NCBI GenBank assembly: GCA_023205875.1
Contig: CP060760.1
Span: 434,001 to 498,000, forward strand
Reading direction: 5' to 3'
DNA from: Chloropicon primus
Taxonomy: Eukaryota
DNA length: 64,000 nucleotides
Shown: piece by piece, positions 10,097 to 23,731 of the stretch
Layout: each line of letters opens with the position of its first letter
How positions within the stretch are numbered: the stretch's first letter is position 1
The notes under the pieces: generated by a model
The model's database searches: none
The model's input: the letters and a program-made list of their open reading frames with translations, nothing else
Told to the model about the DNA's origin: nothing
Position numbers and translations under genes: made by a program

Positions 10097-10822
10097 ATGC
10101 AGCGGGAGGATGGGAGAGGAGCGACGGAGTGCAGGCCAACGTTTCTTCGGAAGGACGTGGTCAGCGGAGGTGCGACTGGCTCGGCATACGGAGAGTTCGC
10201 CAGGACCCGAGTCGTGGTGAGCGTGTTCGGACCCAGGCCCAAGGGGAAAGGGGATCATCAACAACAACACGGACCAGGCGTGGACCTTCACGGGATGGAG
10301 CTGGACTGCCAGGTCCACTTGCCCTTCGAGGGGAGGGACGCGGCTCGGAGTGGCAAGGTCGGGGCGTCCACCGCGAGAGAGGAGAGGGAGAGAGTTCTCG
10401 GGAGGCAGCTCGAGCAGAGCATACTGCCGTCGATCCAACAGGATAGGTTGCCGAAGACGTGCTTGGAGATCCAGTGCACGATACTGGAGAGCGACGGGAA
10501 CGACATTGGTGCGGCCATCGTGTGTGCCTCATTCGCCCTAGCGACCTCCGGCATCCCACTGTACGACCTGGTGACGTCGTGCACCTTGGCCTGCGTGGGA
10601 AACCAGCTTGTGGTGGACCCCACACAAGCTGAGCTTGACGAGAGCGAGGCGGAGATGTCGTTGGCTTACATGCCATCGAGGGGCCAAGTGAACTTCGTCC
10701 ACGCGTGCGGGGACTGGAGCGAGGTATCCTTCAAGGATCACATGGACGCCGGCGTGAACGCTTGCAAGAAAGCGCACGCATTGGTGAAGAAGAGCCTGGT
10801 GGCTACCGTGCAAACCAAGTGA
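10097..10822 (+). CDS. MTR3: Exosome complex RNase PH-like subunit (MTR3/RRP41-like)
   Basis: REDGR...GSAYGEF..TRVVVSVFGPR, LPKTCLEIQCTILESDG, ALATSGIPLYDLV, VVDPT. This is an RNase PH domain; the MTR3 versus RRP41 assignment is inferred. Confidence 0.75.
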   Translation: MQREDGRGATECRPTFLRKDVVSGGATGSAYGEFARTRVVVSVFGPRPKGKGDHQQQHGPGVDLHGMELDCQVHLPFEGRDAARSGKVGASTAREERERVLGRQLEQSILPSIQQDRLPKTCLEIQCTILESDGNDIGAAIVCASFALATSGIPLYDLVTSCTLACVGNQLVVDPTQAELDESEAEMSLAYMPSRGQVNFVHACGDWSEVSFKDHMDAGVNACKKAHALVKKSLVATVQTK

Positions 10823-11086
10823 AGGCGGAGGACCTTGTAAAGAAGGAAGAGTTGGGTGGGCGGAGGGAAAAGCTAGATGGAAGACTCGGACTCGTGCGCG
10901 AAACCAAAATAAAAGAATAAATAACTTGTGTACAAAATATTGGTTTTGTGTCTCTTAAAAGTGTCTCTTTCACCACTTTGGTATCCCCGTGCGTCGTGGT
11001 CAATCACCGAGTCACCGGACTTTGTCAAACCAACGTGTTCCCTCAGCCCTTGTTTTGTAATTTACACCCATCAAACCAATCAGTCA

Positions 11087-13594
11087 TTACCTCTCGGTAA
11101 TACTTTGTCGCCTCTTTCTCATGGCGAGCTTCAGGTTGCCAATCTGCTGAACGTTCTTTCCTTTCTTGCTCTCCGCTGATTTCTTGCTCTTGCTCTTCAG
11201 CTTTGGGTTGCTGTTCTCCTTGGAGGAGGGAGAGCCAAAGGCCTGGCGAACGACTGGCTTGCTGTTCTCCAAGTTGCTCATCTTCTCCTGGAACTTTGTG
11301 TTCGAGGAGATGGCGTCGCTCGACCTGAGCGTGTTCGTCCTCGCCGCCTTTGATGCAGGATTGGGGTTGGGGTCGTTCTTCGTGGCCTGGACGAGGACGG
11401 CAGCCTCGGCCATTCTAGCGGTGGCCTTCGACGCCTTCTCCGTGGTGGAGGCAGTGATGCTGGACAAGTCCGACCACTGCTTGGTATCCAAGTCGTTCTT
11501 GTACCCCGTCAGGGCCTTCTTCAAAATTTCCTTCTGCTCGCTGTTGTTCACGGATTTGTAGTCCTGGAAGAAAGCAGTGGGATCCTTGCCCGAGGAGCTC
11601 TGAGGGAAGATCTTCGACTTCCACGCAGTCTCCGTAGCCATGTCCTGGGTCACCCCGTGCCTCTCCAGGATCTGCCAAAGACAGCTGATGACGCTGTTCT
11701 GCTCCATGATGATCGAGCTCCTTGCCTTGGCATCGATCTTCGAGAAAATGTTCTCCGTCTCCCTTCGGCCGGCAACAGCCTGTAGCCGGAGGGCGTCCCT
11801 CTCCACCGAAGCGCTACTGCTTTCGATCTCCGCCTCGAGGATAGCAAGCTGGGCGTCGTAGCTCGACATTGTGTTCTCCAAGTGAGCCACCGAGGCGTTG
11901 CTGTCCGACAAGGAGATCGTCGCATCGCTCTTCCTCTGGTTCAGCATCTGGATCTCGTGCGTCTCGTCCGATTTCAACTTGATCTGGATCTGCTCCGCGA
12001 TCATCTCCGCATCAATTTGGTGCCTGACCTTTCGCTGGTGGGCCTCCAGGAGCTCCTGCTGGCACTTGGACCTGTTGACGCACAAGGTCTTCATGCTCTC
12101 CGAGGTTCTCCTCATCCAGGCAGCCTTCTGCTCGTCCTTGGTGTCCTTCTCGACCTTAGCCGCCTTCTTTGGCTGAGGCGTCTTGGCTGCCTCCAAGGCT
12201 GGCCTCGACAAGGCATCGAACTTGGGGATGTTTTGAATGCCCTGCCACTTGGCCCCGGTCATGGCTTGGACCGCCATCTTCAAGTCCCTGTTCTCCTCCT
12301 GCAGGGCATCGATCATTCTCTGGTACTCTGCGATGTGAGTGTCCACGGTCTTCTTGTCGATCCTGACGTGAGTCTTGATCTCCTTGGCACGGTCAGCGTA
12401 CTTCAGGGTGTTCACCGTGTGGCTGTACTGCGAGTCCGCGGAAGCACAAGTCGCGATCATAATGGTACGACTGTTTCCGCAAAGCCCGTCCTTGAGGAGC
12501 CTCGTGAGCTTACTGTTCCTGAAGGGGACGAAGACGAATCCCTTCTTCTTCCTCTTTCCGAGGGCGTTAATGCAGTTTGCAAGAGCGAGCAGGCTCCTGT
12601 TGATGTTCGCACCGTCCCTCAACTGCTGACCTTGGTTGTTCGTCTCGTGGGCTCTCTCCGCACCAGCCAAATCAACCAGGGCAAGTTTGCCTGTGTACAC
12701 GTTCTTGGCATAGTGGTTCTTGTCTGATCGCCTCACGACGATCTCCAGCACGGCGTGACTTCGTGACGACTCCGCGTTCGCGTCCGTGGACTCCGTCCTT
12801 CTCCTCAAGTTACCCTCCCTCAGAAGCTGGAAGATCTTCTCCGCGCTGTGGACCTTCAACCTTCGAAGTCCAGCGACTTGAGGACCGTTCTCGGGATCCT
12901 CCCTGAGGTCCAGCCCCCTCTGCGCAGCAGTCGGCTGAAGGAGGTCGTAGATGATCTCGTTGTAGACCTCGAGGTACGAGCAAGTCACATCAATCTGCTT
13001 CTCGGTGTCCCTATCGATGTGCTCGAAGATATCTCGAAGCGAGAGAACCATCAGACCCGGATCCATGTTCGACCCGACCATTGTGTACGTCTTGCCGCTT
13101 CCAGTCGCACCGTAGGCAAATACGGTGGCGTTCAGACCTCTCAAGACGCCAGGCACGAGGTTGCCCACTGTCTTTCCATATATTTCCCTGTTGTCGCAGC
13201 TCCCGTCGAACGCGACGTCGAAGACGTACCTGGAACAAAACCAAAGAAAAACGAAAACGACGCAAAGGCTTGAGTCAGCGAGGCACAACGAAAGGGGATC
13301 AAAAAGATCTGTGACTTACTTCTTTTCCCTCTTCTGCGCGGCAGAGGAGTGTCCCTTGCCATACATATTGTGATTCTGGTGGTTTGGCTCGGGATCCATG
13401 ACAACGACTATTTTGTTGTCCACCAGCCTCGTGATAGGCCTCGATCCGAGGCTTCTTTCCGTCGGTGTCAACGGCCTGCAGCGCACAGCGACCTGGAGGG
13501 TCGCTTGTGACACACCTTTCTTCTTGAGGACGCGGGTGAACTTCAAACTGGCGTCCACCAACTCCGCGAGCTTTTCCATATCTTTCGAACCCAT
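11087..13594 (-). CDS. Kinesin-8 family motor, 2 exons (13594-13320, 13229-11087)
   Basis: [10 protein letters not shown], a GTAAGT..CAG intron at 13319-13230, [59 protein letters not shown], and a coiled-coil tail. Confidence 0.93.
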
Positions 13595-14323
13595 GCTTTC
13601 TGTTCCTTTCTGCTCCAAGGTCTCTTCTCTCGTAGTCTGCGAGCGAAGCACTCTCTTCACCTTTGGTTCTCTCGAGCAACCAAAGTGTGTCTCCCGTTTG
13701 TGTGTTTGTGCGTGTGTGTGCGTGCGTGCGTGTGTGTGTACGTATCTTTCAAGCAAGACAAACTCAGTTGGTCGTTTGCTGGAAAGTTTTCAGTGAGTCG
13801 TCGTGTGTGTTGTGCCTCTGGACCTTCTGTACCATATCTCAACAGCCAACCTCACGCCCAACAAAGTATTCCCTTCAAGCACACAAGCCAAGCCTCACCC
13901 AAAACACTCAACAAGCTTAGGAAGCGTTTTTTCAAATACTAATAAGAATACCTCCTCCACTTCTCTCTCTGTGTGTCTGTGTGTGTGTGTGTGCGCAAAG
14001 CCTCAACCCAAGACCCCCTCTCCTCTGCGTCACCTCGTCTTGGTCGCCGCCTCGTCTGTGGTCGCCAAGCCGCTTGAGCTTTGAGTGTGTCGCTGTGGTG
14101 CTGAAGCCTGATTTTACTGGAGGAGGAACTCGAACGTTTGTCAACGGAAAGACGAACAGCACGAGGGGTTGGGGAGAGAAAAGTTAACGGGAAACTTTGT
14201 GACGCGACCCTACGCACCTGCCTTTCGTGCCAAGATTGCGCCTTGGCTCACCTTTCCTTTGCTGTTGGGGTCTTATCAACAAAAGGAAAAAAAAAAAAAA
14301 TAAAAAACATCTTCATCATCAGG

Positions 14324-14354
<31 letters not shown>

Positions 14355-15016
14355 GGGAGAGAGAGAGGGAGAGGGAGAGAGTTTGAATTTTGAATTACTG
14401 GAGAGAGGAGGAGGAGGACTCAACGTCTTGATTCTGTGGAGGAGACACGAACCAAACGATAGCGAGGTCCAGAATGATATGATATTATATATTCGAAACC
14501 AACGAGGCTTGTTTGTCCTTCTTTCCGCGGCAGGAACAACAATGTCTTATTCGAGAAAGAGAACGAGAACGAGAACGAGAGAGAAAGAGCATCGAAGGAC
14601 TTTTGTCGTCGGAACGCGTCTCCTCTCTCCACACACTCTCTCTGTGTGTCCTCTCCCTCTCCCTTTTCGTTACTTTATGTGGATGTTTATTTTCTCTCCC
14701 CTCTCCCCTTAGAGACGTTATTTATCCTGGAGCTCCCCAGAGTGGATAAGGAAGAGGCTTTTCTTGCTCTCAGGACGACGAGAGCGCCGACAATCCGAGC
14801 GTTTGGCATTGTCTGATTGATTGAGGTGAGTTCCGCGGCCGAGCCGTTTCGTCCCGCTCGTCCTAGAGGCCTTGGTTCGAATCCCGTCCTTGCTCTCTTT
14901 CCAACGATGTCTCCACCGCGACGAGTGGACGACTGAGGAGGGTTTTAGCCCCTCCTGTCGACTCGACTGACGTGAAGAGGTTCTTCCTCGGCATCGCAGA
15001 GCGAAGAGGGAGGACG

Positions 15017-15844
15017 ATGGCGCCCGTGGTGAAGGGGGTGAGTGGAGGTGGCAGTCGGCTGCGGTTGGCGTCCGCCTCGGTGGACCTCCGGACGACGGCG
15101 ACGACGACGCGGTCCTCCTCCTTGGTGAGGAGAAGCAGAACCAAGGCGAGAAACGTTGCCGTCGTCGTTGGGTGGAGTCATGAGATGATGATGGTGGAGG
15201 AGGAGGGGCGGGGGGGGAAGCGCAAGGTGTTGTGCAGGTCTGAGGGGGAGGGGGCTGCCGGAGGCGGTGGAGGAGGGGGAGCGGCGGACGGTGGGTGGTC
15301 TCTGCCGTGGCAGAAGAACAAGGGAGGGGGCGGAGGGGGGGCCGACGACACGGAGGAGGCCCTCAACAAGCCCAACATCTTGTGGCGGATCGTCTCCGCT
15401 TGCATGTATTTCATCCCGTGGATAGACGCCCAGCAGCTTAGTAACTACTTCTACGACCAGTGGAGCGTGCTGCTGCCGCTTTACATGGTCCCTGCGTGGC
15501 CCGCGAGGTTGTACTGCATCACGCCCATGGCTCCGCTCATCTGGTTCTTCATGCTCTTTTCCCTTGTTATCCGTAACAAGAGGCTTCCGCATTTCTTGCG
15601 CTTTCACACGATGCAGGCGATGATGACGGACATCGTGGTCATGCTCTTCGGACTCACGAGGCAGTCCCTGCCGTACTACATCGCGGGCTCCTGGGTGGAC
15701 TCGGTGTTGTCCCAATACGCCTTCCTTTGTGCCCTGCTGACGGTTATTTGGTGCATCTGGAAGACGCTTGAGGGGTACTACGTCGAGCTGCCGTTCGTGT
15801 CAGAGGCCGTGTACATTCAGTTGTCGATTGCCGACATGATGTGA
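15017..15844 (+). CDS. TIC20: TIC20-family chloroplast inner-envelope translocon protein
   Basis: Transit peptide, then WRIVSACMYFIPWID...VIRNKRLPHFLRFHTMQAMMTDI...ELPFVSEAVYIQ. Confidence 0.88.
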   Translation: MAPVVKGVSGGGSRLRLASASVDLRTTATTTRSSSLVRRSRTKARNVAVVVGWSHEMMMVEEEGRGGKRKVLCRSEGEGAAGGGGGGGAADGGWSLPWQKNKGGGGGGADDTEEALNKPNILWRIVSACMYFIPWIDAQQLSNYFYDQWSVLLPLYMVPAWPARLYCITPMAPLIWFFMLFSLVIRNKRLPHFLRFHTMQAMMTDIVVMLFGLTRQSLPYYIAGSWVDSVLSQYAFLCALLTVIWCIWKTLEGYYVELPFVSEAVYIQLSIADMM

Positions 15845-16176
15845 GAGCCACGTGGTACGACCGAGAGCAGGAGAGAGAGGCGGAGGTCTTTGGATGTAAC
15901 ACTACGACGGCGGCGACGACGACGACGACGCGACAACAACAAGGGAGGGTTATGGGAGCAGGATTCTTGGGCGTTCCTTTGGGTGAAGAACAATAAACAC
16001 AATAGCTAACATTACAAGGCTAAGGAACAACAGCAGTGTCCTGCTGCATAAAACACATTAAGAAAGAACGAGGTCGACTATTTCATAAATAGAGGGATTT
16101 TGTCTTCTTTTCTAACAGATTCTCTTGTTGTACAACGTTTTCTTTTGCTTCCTTTCACTTTCTCTCCCGGCTTTCC

Positions 16177-17555
16177 TCACATGGACTCGAAGGGGAAGCC
16201 GTCCTTCCGCCTCAACCAGTTGTTTTCTGCCCACTCAAAGCCCTCCGCCCCTTCGACGACGTGAAAGGTATACGCGTGCCTGGACTTGTTCGACTTGTTC
16301 TCGTACGACATGTGGTAAAACTGCCCATGGAAGATGACAAGCGTCCCCGCTTTCGCTTCTATGGGCTTGTACTCCCCAAGGTCGTGGGGAACAGGATCCT
16401 TGTCGAAGACGATCTCTCCTTGGCTGTCCAGGACCATCCGCCTCTCCACCCCCTTGGCCTTGTGGCTTCCCTTCCAGCCCCACAAACAACCGTTTTCCAC
16501 GGTGGCGTCCTCAAGGGCCAGCCAAATCCCTATCACCGAGGGAGGGTCCGTGTACAAGAACGTGCTGTCCTGGTGCGGCACGACCTCACCCCCGATCCTT
16601 GGCTGCTTGAAGATGTACATGGACTGAACAGGTGTTGGCCTCAAGTACCCCAGGGACTCCAGCATCGACTTCATCTTCTCCGACCTGGAAAACTTCCTAA
16701 AGGACGGGTCCAGGTCGTGAAGGGCGTGGCCAATCTTATTGATCGACGTGTCCTTGGACTGCTTCAGCTTTCCCTCGTCGTCAAAGGCCCCCTCCTCGAA
16801 AAAGAAGGACACGTTCGACGCGCTATCGAGAAAGTATTGTCTCGAGTCCATGTTGGCCTGGGCAGGAAAGCAAGGCAGAAACAGAGTTGACCGTCAGAAC
16901 CTTGAACACCGCCAACCGGGGCAGTCCTCTCTCTGGGGAAGTCCTCGTCGAAGGGAGTTGGGTTGTAAGCAGCTGTCTGGGTAAAAGCGTGATGGAACCG
17001 CACAAGTTTACAAATGTGACTGCTTGGAACGAATTCTTTCTTTTCTGTTCCCAAGAAGGCTTGCGGCACTTGCCACCGCCAGTGATTCAACCAACCAAGA
17101 GACTGACTGAATATGGCTTGACTCGCGCACTTCGAGTACCTTTGGGTTTGGTTGGTTTGTCTCTCAAAGAAGGGACAGAGAATGAATGGAGACCCAGCTG
17201 ATGCTCTTCCTGCTCGCCCACTCACCTTCCCGTTCATCGTCTTCTCCTGCTTCTTGGTCGAGAATATCGATATGGTCTCCGGGTCGAATGCCCTAACAAG
17301 ATCCTCTCCCCTCCCCCTCAACTCCTCCACTTGCTGTTTGGACGCAAAGTCTTCCAAGACGAGAAACCCTTCCGCCTCGTAAGAAGCCTTCTGCTCCTCG
17401 CTCAGCAGCGCACGACAGGGACCCGCCAAGCTCAACCTCCCTCCACCTCGCCTCACGCCATGCCTCGCGACCCTCCGGTGAACTTCCAGTCCCGTTCCAT
17501 CCTCAACCCTTGGCCATTTCTTTCCAGCAAGGGCTCTCTGGAAAGGCCTCGACAT
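16177..17555 (-). CDS. Phytanoyl-CoA dioxygenase domain protein (PHYHD1-like), 2 exons (17555-17226, 16857-16177)
   Basis: YEAEGFLVLEDF, YFLDSA, INKIGHALH, QSMYIFKQPRIGGEVVPHQDSTFL (HxD), ENGCLW, H...N.S..SRHAYTFH. GTGAGT...CAG intron at 17225-16858. Confidence 0.92.
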
Positions 17556-17847
17556 GGCGGTTACCCCTGTGCCTCCCCCCCTCGCTCACCTTGCCCTCGT
17601 CGCCCTCCCTTGGCCTCTCCCCTTCGCTCCCCTCGCGCCTCAACGCGAGCCACAAGTGAGAGCAGCAGCAGCAGAGCAGAGAGGAGAAGAGGAGAAGAGA
17701 AGAGGGCGGAGGACGAAGGAAGGAGGGAGGTGGCGGGAGGGAGAAGGATCCCGATCGATAGTGCGTCTCGCGGGCTTTCCGTCGGTAGGTTAGTCGAGGG
17801 GGTTGGGGGATTGAGCTCGAGACAGAGAGAGGAGAAGAGGGTGGAGG

Positions 17848-19095
17848 ATGGAGACTGCGTTGAGGAGGAGAGTGGCAGGGAGAGGGAGAGGGAGGCAGAG
17901 GGGGAGGAGGTGCGGGTGGAGGACAGGGCTTTGTCACCTTGCCTGCGTGGAGGATGGACGGCGCAAGTGGCGGAGGCGAGCGGGACAGAGGGATGAGGAG
18001 GAAGTGCAAGTGTCAGATCAAGACGTTGAGGACATCCAACAGAGGGATTATGGATCAAGTGCCGGACCGAGCTCGAAGGAGGAGGAGGAGGACCTCGCGG
18101 AGTCGTTGGCGAGCAGCTTGGCGAACGTCGTGGCGAATCCATCGACGTACCTTGTCGCAGGTTTAGTTGTGGCGGGCCTTGCTTCCCAGTTCAAGCCAAA
18201 TACTGCACAGGTTGTGCTCCTCTCTGCGCTTCCGGTTGTTGGCTTGACCGCCATATCCAAGACCGAGGTGGGCGAGAGCATTGCAAACAAGGTCGAGGAG
18301 GAGAAGAAGGACCTGCTTCCGCTGGCGAACCGGGATGAGAGCGAGAGGGTGAGGATCAGAGACACCGAGCCACGGCTGAAGGGATATTTTGGTTCAGGCA
18401 GAGCCTTGCTCCTGAAGCCTGGAGCGGACCACTTGACGGGAACCCTGCCAGGCGACTCGGGTTTCGATCCGCTGGGACTCAGCAGGGAAGATAGGGGGGG
18501 TCCAGGGGACAGTGAATGGAGAAACGGGGCGTACGCGGGCTCGAGACTCGGAAAATTCTTCGAGGCCGAGCTGCTCCACGCTAGGTGGGCCATGCTTGGG
18601 GCGGTGGGCTGCCTGATCCCCGAGGCCCTCGCGAGGTACTTCGGATTCGATTCCATCGCCGAGCCAGTGTGGTGGCGGGTGGGATACTCCGTGCTCCACG
18701 ATGGGGTGGACATAAACTACGCGGGCTTGCAAGGATTTCGGATCGCTGGGGACAAGGGCGTCTTCGCGATTGGATTGTGCCAGCTCGTTCTCATGGGGGG
18801 TCCGGAGTACGCCAGAAGGGTGGGCATCGAATCTCTGGAGCCTGTGGGAATCTTTCTCCCCGGTTGCATCAATTACCCCGGCGGACAGCTCTTCGACCCT
18901 CTCGGTCTGTCGGAAGAGCCCGCCGAGTTCCTGGAACAGCAAGTCAAGGAGATCAAAAACGGGAGGCTTGCCATGCTGTCGATGCTTGGGTACGCGGCCC
19001 AAGCCCTCGTCACCGGGAAGGGGCCTTTGGAGAATTTGGACGACTTTATCGCTGACCCAGCGCATGAGAACATTGTCGCGAACTTGCTCTTCTAA
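17848..19095 (+). CDS. LHCB7: Light-harvesting chlorophyll a/b-binding protein LHCB7
   Basis: GDSGFDPLGL, ELLHARWAMLG, EPVWWRVGY, GPEYAR..GIESLEP, KEIKNGRLAM, plus the hydrophobic N-terminal extension characteristic of LHCB7. Confidence 0.9.
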   Translation: METALRRRVAGRGRGRQRGRRCGWRTGLCHLACVEDGRRKWRRRAGQRDEEEVQVSDQDVEDIQQRDYGSSAGPSSKEEEEDLAESLASSLANVVANPSTYLVAGLVVAGLASQFKPNTAQVVLLSALPVVGLTAISKTEVGESIANKVEEEKKDLLPLANRDESERVRIRDTEPRLKGYFGSGRALLLKPGADHLTGTLPGDSGFDPLGLSREDRGGPGDSEWRNGAYAGSRLGKFFEAELLHARWAMLGAVGCLIPEALARYFGFDSIAEPVWWRVGYSVLHDGVDINYAGLQGFRIAGDKGVFAIGLCQLVLMGGPEYARRVGIESLEPVGIFLPGCINYPGGQLFDPLGLSEEPAEFLEQQVKEIKNGRLAMLSMLGYAAQALVTGKGPLENLDDFIADPAHENIVANLLF

Positions 19096-19210
19096 GTTTT
19101 TTCTTTCCTTCTTTTGTTACAAGATAGATGTACATTGATTTTTTTTTGATAATTACTTGTGTGCTCTGCTTGCCCCAGGGACCCCTTGTCGCCAACCGGA
19201 GGAGGGCCTC

Positions 19211-20743
19211 TCAGTAGAGAACGCTGTATTGCTTTCCAGAATCGGAATCTTTGCTGTGTTTCTCCACGATGTCCATGTGCACCAAGTCCCGCTGCAAGTT
19301 CGTCTGCACCTTGTTCACGGCCTCCAAGTACTTGGACAGCGTGTTGCAGATTTTCTCGCAATTCTCTGGAGAGAAGCCAGAGACGAGCTTGTCCGAGCCA
19401 GATCCTAGCTGAACTTGGCCGTTCGCTTTCTTGTGGGCCTTCAACTCCCTTGCCAGCGCTGCAAGCGCTTCGATCCTCTTCGGCAGCTGTTTCAGGTCGC
19501 TCTTCTGCTGACCCTGACTTGGCTTCACGTAAGACTGATAGACTTGCGTGGCTGGCCCTCCTTGCGTGCTTCCGCTCTCATCAAACGCGTTCTGCAGCTT
19601 CTCGAACTTCTTCGCCAGCTCGTCTTCCTGGGAAGTGAAGGGGTGTCGGAAAGCCCTGTGCTCCAAAAAGTCCACAAACCTCATGATGTGGATAAGCTTG
19701 TGCGTCTGCTCCTCATATTTGGCTCTGCAGTTCTGCACTGCCTTCTGGATATCAACCTCGTGCTTCCTCGTGATGCTCGCGATCGTGCCCTGCACTCGCT
19801 CCAGGAATTCCTTGTGCTTCATTATCTCTGCCTCCTGAGACTGTGCCCTCGCAATGAGCTCCTGGAAGCCAGAGCTATCGCCGTAACCAACCCCAACGGG
19901 CCAAAGCTTCTCGTTCGCTGGCCTGCTTCCCGCGGTGAGCGACTCCAGCGATTCTACCTCATCGATGGCTTCCTGCCACTGAACCCCGTCCACGTTCGGC
20001 GGCTTCGCAGCCAGAGAGACGCTCTGCTCGCTGTTCACCACATTCGTGAACAGGTGCCTGAACCTGTAGCTGTTGTTTGCCGCCTTGGGGTTGAAAGCCG
20101 CGTCCAGCGCTTGCAGATCATTCGCAACTTGGGACGAAGCCAGGTGGCCCGTGTCCGAAGGGAACGGAGGAAACCCTGTGAGCGCCCCAGGAGTCGCTGC
20201 TGCCGGTTGAGCACCCCCCATCCCAAAACCTAACGGCGTTGGAGTTGTTGTGGTCAGCGGCTTGTTCATGCCACCACCAAACGCCGAAGGGAAAGTCCCT
20301 TGAGTTCCTAAAGTATTCGAAGGCTGGCTCGCACCAAACGCTGACGGGAACGAGAACGAGGGAGCCGAAACGCTTTGCGAGCTCGCCGCCCCGAACATCG
20401 TCGGCGTCGAGCTCCCAGCACCAAACGTATTGAATGAGAACTGAGGAACCAAAACCAAATAAGCAAACACACACACACAAAAAAGTTCTTGTCAGAAAGA
20501 TCCCTTCCTTCCAAACCGCGTGAACGAACCCATTGAGAGGTCTCGAGCACATGGATGGTCGCATCGTCGTACCTGTGGCTGAGAGGCCGGCGTTTGGGCT
20601 GCTCCGAACAGACCCGGCGTCGAGGCAGCAGCACCAAAAGTTGGTGGTGCCTGGTGTGTGGGTGGTTGTGCTCCGAAGCTTGCACCAAAACTCGGCGCCG
20701 GCTGGAGAGTTGGAGTCGCTTGCGGTTTGGGTGCTCCGAACAT
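19211..20743 (-). CDS. NUP54: FG-nucleoporin NUP54-like, 2 exons (20743-20573, 20440-19211)
   Basis: FG-repeat N-terminus, YRFRHLFTN, KPP.VD...WQEA, LWPV...GFQELIAR, and a coiled coil. GTACG...CAG intron at 20572-20441. Confidence 0.82.
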
Positions 20744-21164
20744 GTCTCCCACTCCTTCCTTCCTCTCACTCTCTCTCTCTCTCCCTCTCCAAGAACAAGG
20801 GACAAGGGAACTGGAGGCCTCCGCTCCTCGCTCTCTCTCTCTCGCTCTCTCCTCTCTCTGGAGTGACGGCAGGAGGTGGAGGTTCGAATGAGGAGAGGAG
20901 AGGTGTGGGGTGGGTGGACAACGGAGAACGAGAACGAAGAACAAGGGAAAGAGGCGGGTGTGTGCAAGATGTTTGAAAAGAAAGGGGTAATCGATTCTTA
21001 CAATCAAAAAAAGTTTTAATAAAGAGCGACCGAAAACAAAGGGAGAAGGCGGTGAAGCGTTCTTGGTCCGTCTTGGCACTCGGGATAGGCACGCGCGGCG
21101 CGGCGGTGCTCTTTCTGTGGTCTCCTCAAGGAATGACAGAAAAGGAAACAAAGTTCTAAAGAAC

Positions 21165-23065
<1,901 letters not shown>

Positions 23066-23731
23066 TCACTTGCTACTGTTTGCTTTCCCACTTGACGTCT
23101 CTCTTTTGTTTTTCGACGCGATCGATCGTACACAAAAAACACAACATTTTTCAGCCGACAATCCGATCGATCGGTCAAAGATCGATCGCACACCGCAGTG
23201 ATCGTGTACAAAATGCACGTTAATTTAAATCACAAAAAAAAAAGAACGATCGATCCGTCAATTCGAGTGAGTGATCGAAAAATGGTTTTCAAACCGAAGG
23301 AAAAAACGATCGTAAGGGTGTCAAGACTGGTTTTGTACACGAGCTCGAGCGCGTGGGTCGTGACCCGCGATGGATCACCGATCGATCAGAGTAGGTTTCC
23401 CATGGTGGGCGACAAGGTTCCGTTGAAAGTCAACTGGGAGGGTCGTACAACGTTGAATTTGAGACTATTGGTCCGAAATGACACCATAAGAGGGAACATT
23501 CTTGTTCCTCTTTCATTCCTTTCCTCCTGGGGATGGAGGGCTCCTTGTGTGTCTTGATGGGTGGATGTGGATGGATTGTCCTCCCCATCCAAGGTCCTGC
23601 CTTTTTTTTGAGTTGCTGTGTTGCCCTTGCTCGAGTGGAAGGATCTGAATCGTCGTCGCCTCGTCTCGTCTCGTGCAACAATCTTTTCGTCCAGTCGGCA
23701 ACTCGTCTTTCTCTCCGGACGTTCATTAAAA

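Noticed and set aside
14874..14884. GGTTCGAATCC, a tRNA T-loop/B-box match
   Set aside because: The flanks do not form a T-stem (CTTGG/CCCGT) and no cloverleaf or acceptor stem could be built.
16890..17066. RNase MRP-like P4 halves (GAAGTCCTC / GAAGGCTT) and a CTGA 'box D' near the end of the PHYHD1 intron
   Set aside because: P4 pairing is imperfect and antisense to the host gene. The CTGAC is better explained as the branch point ~35 nt before the acceptor.
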